This document shows positions 25,425-37,365 of a stretch of DNA of 64,000 nucleotides, one piece after another. The DNA is from Octopus sinensis. Taxonomy: Eukaryota. Location: contig NC_043005.1 of NCBI RefSeq assembly GCF_006345805.1, positions 47,492,001-47,556,000 of the forward strand, read 5' to 3'. The position numbers were made by a program, and so were the translations under genes. The notes under the pieces were generated by a model. The model was not told the origin of the DNA, ran no database searches, and saw only the letters and a program-made list of their open reading frames with translations. Every line of letters begins with the position of its first letter. The first letter of the stretch is position 1.

Positions 25425-26083
25425 ATAGGCACAAGGCCTGAAATTTGGGGGAAGGAGACTAATCGATTACATCGATCCCAGTGTTTCACTGGTACTCATT
25501 TTATCAATCCTGAAAGGATGAAAAGTAAAGTCGACATCGGTGAAATATGAACTCAGGAACTCAGGACATAAAGACGGATGAAATATTACTAAGCATTTCA
25601 CCCGGTGTCCTAGCAATTCTGCCAGCTCGCCACCTGAAATAATAATAATAATAATAATCCTGTCTACTAAAGGCACAAGGCCTGAAATTTTGAGGGAGGG
25701 TACTAGTCGATTACATTGACCTCAGTATTCAGCTGGTACTTAATTTATCAACCCCAAAAGGATGAAAAGCAAAGTCAACCCCAGTGGAATTTGAACTCAG
25801 AACGTAAGGATGGACAAACTACCGCTAAGCATTTTACATGGAGTGCTAATGATTCTTCCAGCAAACTGCCTGAAATGGTAATAATAATAATACTTCCTAC
25901 TAAAGGCATAAGGCCTGCAATTTTCAGGGAAAATTACATCAACTCCAGTATATTCACTGGTACTTAATTCATTGAACCCCAGTGGAATTTGTACTCAGAA
26001 CATAAGGACAGACAAAATACCATCAAGCATTTTACACAGTATGCTAGCAATTCTGCCAGCTTGACACCACAATAATGATGATG

Positions 26084-26122
<39 letters not shown>

Positions 26123-26545
26123 GTTTGAAATTATGGCACAATGTCTAGAAATTTTGTGGGTAGGAGGCAAATCGATTACATTGACTCCAGTGTTCAGCTG
26201 GTACTTATTTTATTGGTCCTAAAAGGATAAAAGGCAAAGTCAACATTGCCAGAATTTGAAATCAGAACATAAAGATGGACAAAATACTGCTAAGCCTTTC
26301 TTCTGGTTTACTAACAATTCTGCCTCCTTGCCACTTTATAAATAATATTTAAAAAATGCTTCAAATTTTGGCACAAGACCAGCAGTTTTTTGATAAGAGG
26401 GGAAAATCAATTACATCGACCCCAGTACTTGAGTGGTAGTTATTTTATCAACCCTGAAAGAATGAAAAACAAAGTCGACCACAACATAAAGAAATGTCAC
26501 TAAGCATTTTGTCTAGTTAGCTAACAATTCTGCCAGCTCACTGCT
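25425..26545 (-). mobile_element. Array of five co-oriented family A SINEs separated by (AAT)n or A-rich spacers
   Basis: Copies at about 25425-25635, 25660-25870, 25900-26070, 26130-26335 and 26365-26545, each starting (G)GCA(C/T)AA and ending in a TTCTGCCAGCT-like motif on the plus strand. Confidence 0.85.
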
Positions 26546-26561
26546 TTGATAACAAAATAAT

Positions 26562-26835
26562 AATAAAGACCATTTTCCAACATAATGTGGCAGTCCCAGT
26601 TGGGACGAATGCTACTGTTGTTTAACCCCTGGAAACATCGTCTCCAGCTGGCTATATGACACAATATTTGTGCCATTTTTGAACAGGGGAGTTCAGCATC
26701 CCCATTGTTCAAAAATATAAGGACGCATATATTGTGTCATATAGCCAGCTGGAGACGATGTTTCCATGGAGCTAAACAACAGTAGCATTCGTCCCAACTA
26801 GGACTGCCACATTATGTTGGCAAGTAGTCTTTATT
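26562..26835. repeat. Long GC-moderate fold-back (arms 26577-26667 and 26729-26820)
   Basis: CCAACATAATGTGGCAGTCCCAGTTGGGACGAATGCTACTGTTG... is the reverse complement of ...CAACAGTAGCATTCGTCCCAACTAGGACTGCCACATTATGTTGG with few mismatches; the spacer also self-pairs (TTTTTGAACA/TGTTCAAAAA, GGGGA/TCCCC). Confidence 0.95.
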
Positions 26836-28640
26836 TTAAAGTTCAATTACTGAATGTCTCTCATTGAGAGGATTATAAATAATATTTCTAAAATGATAAT
26901 TAACTAAATTTAATCAGTTCCAAGCTCATTCTTCTAATCACTACTGGTAATTAATTTCTATCTTGCCACACTTTAACAAACCTAAAAGTGCCATACTTAA
27001 GGATGTAAGATACTTATTATTAGTGGTCAATGATCACATAGCAATCTTTCTTTTATAACTTATGTTTTGAAATTCAAAACAGTTCCACAATGAAAATATG
27101 CTACAATTCAAGAGATACTGTCAGGTTCTTTCTGAAATTGTCTTTGTTAACTTTTTGTCAACTCATCCTACACTTTGTGTAAGCACATTTCTGTTGAATC
27201 TTTCCATCTGATCAAAAGGGCATATAATTAGGTATCATAAAAGCTTATGAAAGGTTTTGTGAGAATCAAAATTGAGAAACTCCAGTTGCCGTTCAAATGT
27301 TCTCTCTTTAATCTGGAATTTTAACCCATAATTACTTCACAGTGAGACTAAATATATATTTACATATATAGGATGCCTGAATAGGCATTTATGCATGCAA
27401 ATACATTTCTATATCACTAGTGTTCACTGTACAGTAAAGGTGAGTTTCTGGTGACTGGGTTTGTGACCTGATTTCAGTTGCCTATTGTTGTTACTTGACA
27501 CCGCTTTCAATGCTAATGATCTTGGAAAAGGTATAAACGTCAATATGCCTATTTCACCTATACCCTCAAATCAATGATGATAATCAACAATGGATCTATT
27601 TATAGCCAAATAGAAAATATAAGGCATTTATTATATTACTTTATGATCTTTATTATACATTTTATTATTATATTTATTCCAAATACTTATCTATTTCATT
27701 TCTATATTTATTATAAATTACATTTTGAATATGAGCATTTATATATTCACCTGTATGTGAAATATACAAATAGTTTATGAGTTTTAGTATATGTGTTTGG
27801 GATTGGAATTGTATGTCTAATTATAAATAAATGTTTGTATACATATGTGTGTCTGCAGGTGTTTGTAGGTTTGCATACATATGTGTGTGTATATGTGTGT
27901 GTGTGTACATATACATATGCATGAGTGTACATATATATGTGTGTAAGTGTACATACATACATGATGATAGTGATGGCTGTCCACTTGTAATCAAGGAAGA
28001 TCATCACTGATCATTGTCCATGCAAAATGCCAGCAATTCCTGTGCATCAAGATTAATGCACCAGTAGTCAGCATCATTGTGCCTGTGGATTCTATGCTCC
28101 CCACTGCACTCCCCTACTCAGCTAGGCATCAGTTAGTTGCCTTGCTATCTATTGCACACCCTAAACTTCTTGGACCAATCCACCCTACTGACATGATCCA
28201 AAGACAAGCCAGGATAAAATATCCAGTGCTAATATGAGTCGTAGGCTCAGGAATTTGAGAGAACCATGATCTCAAGTGCAAGCAAAAGATCTCCAAAATG
28301 TTCAATGCCATTCCCTGCATATCTAGTTTTATATCAGAGTGACCTTCTCCCAGAGACATGCTCTAACAAGAGTTAAGGGCTCAGTTGTGATGTCTCCCAT
28401 GCATGTTACTGGTAACATGGTACCCGGTACAATTTGTTGCATGATCAAGTCATCGATGGCGAAATCAACACCCCACTAGGTTTGTCTGGTGAGGTAGGCT
28501 GCTAGAAATCCAGCAAGACTAAAAACAAGACTTGTCAAAGGGATAGATGAACCTAGTGTAGGTTCTATGACTATCTAGAAGCATGGACCCTCAGAAATTC
28601 TAGGCTGGTGTCCAGCATGCGGGAGAACATCATACATACA

Positions 28641-29935
28641 TACGAGGGGCGTTCAATAAGTAATGCCCCTGACCCACTTCCCATAGCAGTAGAGCAACGA
28701 AACTTGGCACAGTTATTAGTCTTTTTCTACATAGGAACCACCCAGAGTTACGCATTTCTCCCATCGTTTGATGCGGCTCTGGAGACCGTTTTTGTAGAAG
28801 AACCCAGCCTTGTCCTCCAACCTCAACGTGACTTCAGAAATCAAGGCTGCATCATCTGGGAAACGCTTTCCTTTCAAAAGCAACTTCATGATTGGGAAGA
28901 GGTGAAAATCAGAGAGTGCAAGGTCAGGAAAGTAGGGGGGATGTGAAGGAGTTCATAGCCATACGCCTGTGCTTCTGATCTGGCGACAAGCGAGTTGTGG
29001 ACCGGAGCGTTGTCCTGCAGGAGGAGAATGCCTTTGCTGATCTTGCCCCGCCTCTTGATTTTGATAGCTTCTCTTAATTTCCTCAAAAGTGAAGCATAAT
29101 AGGCTCCTGCAATTGTGGTACCCTTTGCCAGGAAATCTGTCATCACTACTCCGTCCTGGTCCCAGAAGACTGTGAGCATGACCTTGCCAGCGGAGGGCAG
29201 CATCCTTGCCTTCTTTGGAGGGGGTGAGTCATGGTGCTTCCACTGCATTGACTGGGATTTGGTCTCTGGATCATCGTGATGGACCCAGGTTTTATCCTGT
29301 GTAATCAGTCTTTTGAAAAATTTTGACTCATCTTCTTGGCACATCTCCAAATTCACCCTCGAGCACTCGATGTGTTCTTGCTTCTGGAAAGGCGTGAGAA
29401 ACCTGGGAATCCATCTGGCAGACACCTTTTGCATATGCAAAAGGTCATGAATGATAGTTTCCACAGACCTGGTACTAATCTTGACCTCATGGGCTATTTG
29501 GCGAATAATTATGCGTCGATCTTCCAAAATGGCAGCCTCAACTTGACGGACAGATGCCTCATCAATGGCAGAAGGGGGCGACCAGATCTGGGAGCTGTTT
29601 CCACAGAGTTCTGACCATGTTTGAATTCACGATGCCAGCGTTTTACAAGGTCATATGATGGGGCATCATCACCATAAGTTACTTTCATTTCATCAAAAGT
29701 CTCCCGTGGTGTGCGTCCTTTCAAATACAAAAACCGGATCACTGCTCGACACTCAACAGGCTCCATTTCACACTTGACTCGGTTCAAACACCTGTAAATC
29801 AGAAACCACAATTAATTCAGAGCTGTAATTTGCCACTTACTCTATAGAGATATAAATAATTGCACATGCAAATTTTCAGCTAGATCAAACAACTGCAAGT
29901 GGGTCAGAGGCATTACTTATTGAACGTCCCTCGTA
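28641..29935 (-). mobile_element. Full-length mariner (Tc1/mariner, DD34D) transposon with TA target duplication
   Basis: 39-bp inverted repeats including TA at 28641-28679 and 29897-29935 with 2 mismatches; 1291 bp between the TAs. Confidence 0.97.
28716..29766 (-). pseudogene. Mariner transposase with two 1-nt frameshifts (350 aa when repaired)
   Basis: MEPVECRAVIRFLYLKG..PRSGRP, WIPRFL, ITQDKTW, QDNAP, HPPYFPDLALSD with exactly 34 residues between the second and third D; frameshifts near 29570 and 28945; stop TAA at 28716-28718. N-terminus resembles irritans-subfamily elements (inference). Confidence 0.93.
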
Positions 29936-30557
29936 TATAAATATATATATATATATATATTATAATTTAGCGTTTATCTTCCATACTGTCATGGGTTTGA
30001 AATATATATGTATATCTATTATGTATGTGTCTCCTTTATCTGTGTGTTCAATAACTAGCCATGAGGCTTTTTCTCCCTCCTCTTTGAAGAGAGGTTATAG
30101 GCCACCTGCAATTTGGGTCTGATGAGACACTGTAAAGCTAAGTGCTTTATAAACATGAAACCCTGGGTAACTATAAACCGATCATAACTATCTTTATCTA
30201 AATATATATAAACATATATATATATAAACAATAAATAAAGAGATACAATTGACAATCCAATAATTTATTTATATTATAATAAAATATAATATAACATTAA
30301 AAAATTATTAAAAACCAAAGAGCCAACAATATGTTTTGACTTATTCACATTATTTGATTTATAAACAATTCAGTTTCTTTATATAAGTCTCATCAGAGCT
30401 TGTCTCTTACAGGGTTATCGATTTATATGCAAGTGAACTGAAGCAACTTTGAAAGAAATATTTTGCTCAAGGATACACTGCACTGCTAATCTGGGAATCG
30501 AAATCATGACCTTACAAGTTGAGTGCAACACCCTAACTACTAGGCCACACACATGCA

Positions 30558-31026
30558 TACGAGGTCTGATAAAAAATAAAGTGACTGAAGCTATAGAAAG
30601 AAAACTATAATGCATTTACTCTCTATCAGTTTTGTTTCTATTGATGGAAGTATTCCTGGAACTCCTTTTTGGGGATAGCAAGCAGCTGCTTTGTTGCATT
30701 CTCTTGGAGATCTTTGACATCTTGAATTCTTGTTTCTTTGAAGTGGGATTTGATTTTTGAAAGGCCTTTTCATTGTAATAATCTTCAAAATGTGTCTCTC
30801 TCCGCATGCATACATGCATTTCCTCTGCTATGGTCACTGATGGAACCTTTGTGGTGTGGTGAAATGACTACACTCCACACATCCTCCTTCCAACAAGCTA
30901 TAAACAATGGAAGTGAGCGAGAATATTAGTACTTAGTGTGCATGCATGACAGAGCTCAAGGTCAGTCTGTGTATTTTAGCTCCATTCTCATAGCAGCCAT
31001 CCAATACTTTTTGCTCAGACATTTTA
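30558..31026 (-). mobile_element. Internally deleted mariner derivative
   Basis: TA-CGAGGTCTGATAAAAAAT left end with a degenerate inverted counterpart near 30990-31026; minus-strand remnant KETRIQDVKDLQENATKQLLAIPKKEFQEYFHQ matches mariner C-termini. Confidence 0.7.
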
Positions 31027-31030
31027 TATA

Positions 31031-31083
<53 letters not shown>

Positions 31084-31085
<2 letters not shown>

Positions 31086-32385
31086 GGGAATATAATTCCA
31101 AAGTTACAGGGAAAAAATCCATTTAGCAATTCTAAGTCAAATTTCACAATATATAATATATGTATATAATTAAGAGAAATAATCTCTATCAAGTAATTCA
31201 ATAGTGGAAGACATTATCTATATTATATAGAAAAAATTTAAATATACTATAATAAATATTATTTAAAAAATCACTAAATTAAATAAACATTAAATTGGCT
31301 GCGCAAGTTTCATAACTATATCTTTAAATCGATAATAATGGAATCGATACTATTAAAACTAATTCGATTTGAAATTAATTCGATTTAAAAATATAGCCAC
31401 TCTTCAGGTCTAAAATATTAAAGTAAATGTATGTAGCTTAACATATAATAATTAACAAATGAATATAGAAATATACGTATTGTAACAATAAATAATCAAA
31501 TAAAATGTAACAATATTAATGAAAAATAAAATCATAACTTACCTTATTGAAGAATACGAGTTAACTGAAATTTTAAACGTTAACCTTAGAACCTGGTGTT
31601 GCCAAGAAATTTATCATGTGAAAACATGACGTAAATAATAACTATAGAATAAATAGATAGAAATATGTATTTTAGCTGTGAAAATATCAATATGTATTTC
31701 AGCTATGAAAATAAGAAATAAACTAGATGTAATATTCTCAATAATTTAAAACTAAAATACGTAAATACATAAAATAAACTAAATTTCGATAACTTAATCT
31801 ATATTCATCAATTTATTTATTTATTTTATAAACATTTTGGTTTAATCTTATTCTAATTATGTAATATATACAACATAGTCTACTGCTAATTTATACTCAT
31901 TATACTACTACAAACTATAACTACAAAAATTAGTAACATAAATCAGGGTTTATATATATATACATAAATTAGCTAAACTTATTATATAAGTAATTTAACT
32001 AATGTCTACATTTAATTTTTCGCTCATCTTGGGATTTAAACAATTTTTTATTATTAGATAATAATATCACCATAGATTCATTGTACATAGTAAGCAAAAA
32101 TTATTACCTATTCGATAAGATTTAGCTTTACAAACTATCCTCCAATTTAAATTATACTTAATTCCTGTAGATTTCAATTCCAGTAGAATTAATCAATGTT
32201 TTATTCTTAAATGAATGCATGTGTTGATCCACCCTTAATTTAATTTTATTAGAAGTAAACCCCACATAAATCGCATTTAAATTATAACTATTCCTATAAA
32301 TATTATCATCAATCAAAGTCACTACGCATTTATATACTACATCATCCAAATTACGTTTACTTTTAAATTTACATTTTGTCTTATC
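31084..32385 (-). mobile_element. Decayed Penelope-like element 3' part (GIY-YIG N-terminal remnant plus AT-rich tail)
   Basis: 32160-32380 VVYKCVV..IYVGFTSNKIKLRVDQHMHSFKN..NST resembles Penelope GIY-YIG; terminus 31084-31200 is homologous to 21945-22020. The extent between these parts is inferred. Confidence 0.5.
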
Positions 32386-32912
32386 TGCACTTAGTCTGCT
32401 TAGGAGGTTGTTGTGTCCTAGCATATGTGCTGCTTCTTTTAATATTCATATTTTCTAGTGGTGTTCATTGTCCATTAGTTTAATTCATCCCACAAGGGGA
32501 GGTGGTCTCCATTTTTCCATGGTAGGTTATATAAAGGTGAAACATGCTACACCCTCAAAATAAAGGTAGAGGAACATTGCAAAGCTGTGACATGGAGAGA
32601 TATTGATAAATTGGGTATAGCTGATCATGTATGGAACAATGGAGACCACCTCCCCTTGTGGGATGAAGTTAAAATAATAGACAGAGAGCACCACTGTAAA
32701 ATACGAAAACTAAAAGAAGCAGCACATATGCTAGGACACAACAACCTCCAAAGCAGACAGTGCAGATATGAATAGCATATGGGAACCGACAATAAGAAAG
32801 GATAGGAAAATATTAGATTTATAAACCCTAAAATTCACTCCATAATTGCCCACGGGCATACGGCGAGTGGTTAAGAACATGGGCTACTAACCTCAAGATT
32901 CCAAGTTCGATT

Positions 32913-32956
<44 letters not shown>

Positions 32957-33120
32957 CATCAGAAAATACCTTAGAAATGAGAACTCAGGTTCAAAACTTC
33001 CCCAAGACACCTGATGAAGGCTGGAGGGTATATCAGCTGATACATTGTGTTAACAACAATCAAGATGAGAACGAATATCCATCAAGTGTAAATAATGTAC
33101 ATAATTCCTCATCTCTTAAA
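32385..33120 (+). mobile_element. Penelope-like element 3' fragment with inverted partial duplication and decayed hammerhead
   Basis: IADHVWNNGDHLPLWDEVKIIDREHHCKIRKLKEAAHMLG (GIY-YIG C-terminal half); inverted copy of the same segment at 32385-32522; GACAC-CTGATGA-A-GGCTG..CAGCT-GATAC-ATT-GTGTT at 33006-33051. Confidence 0.8.
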
Positions 33121-33168
33121 AATACAACTGCATTAAGCGAAGACTCATTGAACAGTAAAGTCCTAGAT

Positions 33169-33398
33169 CAGTAGTTCTCAACCCTTGGGGGTCCATATAA
33201 GGTTTGTTGCTGAAGTTTATGTACAATAAATTGGTTATACTTCTACAATACACAAACTAATTTTACAATTTTTATATAATTACTAATAATGTTTAATTAT
33301 AAAAATATTATAGTGTTGTTTTTTTTTAACATTGTGGTCCAGTAGAGTCAAATAGGATTCAAACGGTGTCATTAGGCAAAAATAGTTGAGAACCACTG
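33169..33398. mobile_element. hAT (Charlie-type) MITE, 230 bp, 8-bp TSD
   Basis: TIR CAGTAGTTCTCAAC / GTTGAGAACCACTG; TCCTAGAT duplicated at 33161-33168 and 33399-33406. Confidence 0.93.
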
Positions 33399-35679
33399 TC
33401 CTAGATATAATACAAAACAACAGAATGGTTATGGCTGAAGCATTTTTGATCATTTGCTTGCTCAGTCAGGGATGGCATAAGGCTAAACAAAGCAGGCAAC
33501 AATAATGTCAACAACAACAAGCAGCGATCCTCCTTTTTATAATTCGAATAGCCAGATATTTAGTGTAGGATAAAACATGAGTGTCAGCTGAAAAGTTCAT
33601 AGGCTGACCACCCAGTGCACCCTGTAAAGTGATCAGCATTAGGACAGATAGCAAGCCTTAGAAACCACACCAAAACAGACAGTATAACATGGACATTAAA
33701 TGGTATTTCCTGGGTGGAGAATTGGTGGAATTATTTGAGTTTCAGATGAGATGCTTTACAATATTTGTTCTGATTCTTCGTCATATTTGTTACGAGATGG
33801 AGAACATAATGGTTGGCCCAGTATAACACCACCTCAAAGTTCTTGGGTGCTTTTAGCATAATTCACTCTGTCCCAAAACAATTCAGGCCAGGTTTCTGGT
33901 TTAAACATTTTGTTACCATCTTTCTGTTAAAAGACACTGCCTTTGTTTTGATAAATTTTGAAAATAACAAAGAATCTAGTAAAATAATTGTCCTTATTAA
34001 GCTGGTGTAAGGTAGTGGGTTGGCAGAATCGTTAGCAAGCTGGGAAAAAAGCTTAGCAGTATTTCATCTATCTTTACATTCTGAGTTCAAATTCCACTGA
34101 GGTCGAATTCGCCTTTCATTATTTTGGGGGTGATGAATTAAGTACCAGTGCAACACTGTGGTCAGTGTAATCGACTAACCTCTCTCCCTAAATTTCAAGG
34201 CCTTGTGCCTTTAGTAGAAAAGATGATTACACTGGTGTTTGGGATAAAGATCAATTTGAAATTTTGCAGGAAGAGTTGAATTTAAATCTCTTTAAAACAA
34301 TGAGGTGTATCATAGAATCAAAGGTGGTCTCAGGTAAATTGGTATCAAAAAGGTTAAAGATAACTTTCTCCATTGATCTCATCAATCTTGGAAGCTCTGG
34401 AGAAAATAAAGGGTTAAAAATACTAACCTCCCTCCCTGGTTAAGCGATAAAGAAAATATAAAAAACTCTCTTGTTATGAGCATCAGTATTATCCATGGCT
34501 ATAGTTGCATTCTCCACCACCACTATCAATAGTTTGGTCACAAATTTTGGCACAAGGCAGCATGCTGGGGCAGGTGTTAAGTCAATTACATCGATTCCAG
34601 TGATCAACTGGTACTTATTTTGTCAGCTCCAAAATGATGAAAGGTAAAGTTGACCATGGCAGAATTTGAACTCAGAATGTAAGGTTGGATGAAATACCTC
34701 TGAGCATTTTTGCTCTGGTTGCTAATGACTCTGCCAGCTCACTGACTTAACACTGCCAGTAATATCAATAACAAGGATGATGAGCCAACAAGGAAGCCTC
34801 TATGTGGTTTTATGACACACTAGAAATAGTAGCCAAACTTCCTTCAGAAAAGCCCAGCCATCTTAAAAAGAAAATGTCATATTTGATAATATAGTCTTAG
34901 ATATCTCTAAAAAGATGGGATGGTCTTGGCCAGAATGCCTTTGATAATATATCTGATTGATGTGGATTGAACTGGGATTAAGCAACAACAAAACCATCAC
35001 CAACGCTGCTGTTACCATCGACCAGTGTCACCCAACACTACACAACACCACTACAACATGGCCCACAGGGATTTTGAAACAATATTTTTATTACAATATA
35101 GTTATCAATATATGAAATATGACTGTAACTGGGAAGGTTAGTTGTTCCTGAATTTGGCAGCAAGCCATCAGAATAATAGTAAATTTTACTTGCCCTCCTC
35201 ACACACACCATATGGATTCTTGAATGACGGTGAGAGAAAAGCATAAGTGGTTGTGTATGTACATAGCTAAAGTGCACTTGCATACTTGCTCTGTGAGTGC
35301 TATGTTGTATCTGTGTTGTCGTGATTTCTTACAACAGTTAAGTATCTAAGTTGTTAATATGCACAATTAATCTCAAAATGACAACGACAATTTACATGGG
35401 TTACGCTATTTGCATATTTTTCACTCTCCCAGCAAAATTACACAAGTTAATTATGTCCCCTCCCCTTTCTGCCACACCTCCTCTATTGCATTTACTTCAT
35501 TTAAAACCCACATCCTTTCAGTCCCTTTCACATATCTGGCTTTGATCCCATAATGACAAATTTACATTCCTTGAATGTAAGAAGGGAATTGAAGCAGCTT
35601 GCCTATAATAATAACAACACTCTGATGGAGACCAAACACCACCAGCACTCCCAGGAACAAAACAACACCGCCTGTACAA

Positions 35680-36260
35680 TCATCATCATCATCATCATCA
35701 TCATAATCATAATCATCACCACCAGCACTAAGACTAATAGCATTCATCACTAACACTACCAACACCATCACCACCCCCATGAGTGCCACTGCCACCACCT
35801 CTGCCATCACCAACACCACCAACACCACAACCACTATGAGTGCCACTCTCATCACCACCTTTATCGAAACCCACTACCACGAGCATCACCATCACCATCA
35901 CTACCACCATCACCACCTTTGTCACCATCACCTACTGTCACCACCACTACCACCATCACCCTCACCAACACTACCACAAACACTACCACCACCATCACCA
36001 CCACCACCATAACCACCATCACCACTTATGTCATCATCACCTACTCAATCACCACCACCACCACCACCACCTTCACCCTCACCAACACAAACCACAACTG
36101 CCACCACAAACTGCCAACACCAATGTCACCATCACCTTATGCAACCAATGCCGCCATAACTAACGGCACGTTCCCTCCCACTACCACCACCACCACCACC
36201 ACCACCACCACCACTACCACAACATTGGCCACCATCACCTATTCAGCCACCACCAACCAA
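35680..36260. repeat. (CAC)n/(CAT)n low-complexity tract
   Basis: Imperfect ACC/ATC repeats; the His- and Thr-rich ORFs in all frames are repeat artefacts. Confidence 0.9.
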
Positions 36261-37062
36261 TCCATTTCACATTGTCAAAAGTCAAAGCATGCCCAATTAA
36301 AACTCACAAAAGCGATCCTTTTAGATTATTAATTATACAATGAGTATAGCATTAATAATGACGATGACTTTCATTTGTAGTGGCTGTGTTGTCATTCGCT
36401 GTCATAACTATCATAAATGATTGCATAAGCTTCTCTCCTGTAATCTCTGGCTGTTATTGGAGTACTCTGAGAACATTGGCTCTCTTATCTGTTGTTAGAT
36501 ACAGTGAGTGATGTAACAGCCTGCGAGTCAAAATTTATCGTCACTTGACTCACGGGTCCTGTGTTCTTGTCCAGCTGCAGGCAATGATTTCATTCCCATT
36601 TTCCGAAAGTTTCAAATCGAATTAAAATACTACAGTAGAATTATTAGAGCACTGAGCAAAATGCCTTCCGGTATTTGTTTCAAATCTTTTAAAACATTCT
36701 GAATGTAAATTCCTTCTTTTGAAGTCAGCTTTGCCATTCATTTCCCTGGGGTGGTTCATACCAGTCAAGTACTGGGGTCATTGTGATCGACTCACTTCCC
36801 CTACCACTACCACCCCCACAATCACAACTCAGAATTGCTGGCCCTGGGCTCAAGTTAGAACCTGTATTTCTAGAGTGCCAGCAAGAATACCTTGCAATAT
36901 TTCTTCTGGCTCTTTATGTGCTGAGTTCAAACCCTACTGAAGTCAACTTTGTCTTTCATTCTTTAGGGGTGATAAAATAAAGTACCAGTCATGTACAGGT
37001 GTCAACGAAATTGACTACCACCTCCCCTTAAAATTGTTGGTCCTATGCCTAAATGAGAAACC

Positions 37063-37121
<59 letters not shown>

Positions 37122-37129
37122 TCTCTCTC

Positions 37130-37365
37130 TCTTATACTCTTTTACCTGTTTCAGTCATTTGACTGTGGCCATGCTGGAGCACCGCCTTTAGTCGAGCAAA
37201 TCGACACTAGGACTTATTCTTTGTAAGCCTAGTACTTATTCTATAGGTCTCTTTTGCCGAACTGCTAAGTTACGGGGACGTAAACATACCACCATCGTTT
37301 GTCAAGTGATGTTGGGGGGACAAACACAGACACACAAACATATACACACATACATATATATATAT
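37130..37365 (-). mobile_element. SINE family B, 3' half
   Basis: TTTCAGTCATTTGACTGTGGCCATGCTGGAGCACCGCC..GGGACAAACACAGACAC. Confidence 0.9.

Noticed and set aside
28020-28380. Possible decayed LINE C-terminus on the minus strand (LDHVSR)
   Set aside because: Similarity limited to a few residues; not supportable without alignment.
30119-30175. CTGATGA..hairpin..GAAACCCTGGGTA hammerhead-like arrangement
   Set aside because: Stem II does not close next to the core and stem I is only about 3 bp; likely chance.
35562-36332. His-rich and Thr-rich mucin-like ORFs
   Set aside because: Open in several frames on both strands because of CAC/CAT repeats; no splice or codon evidence.
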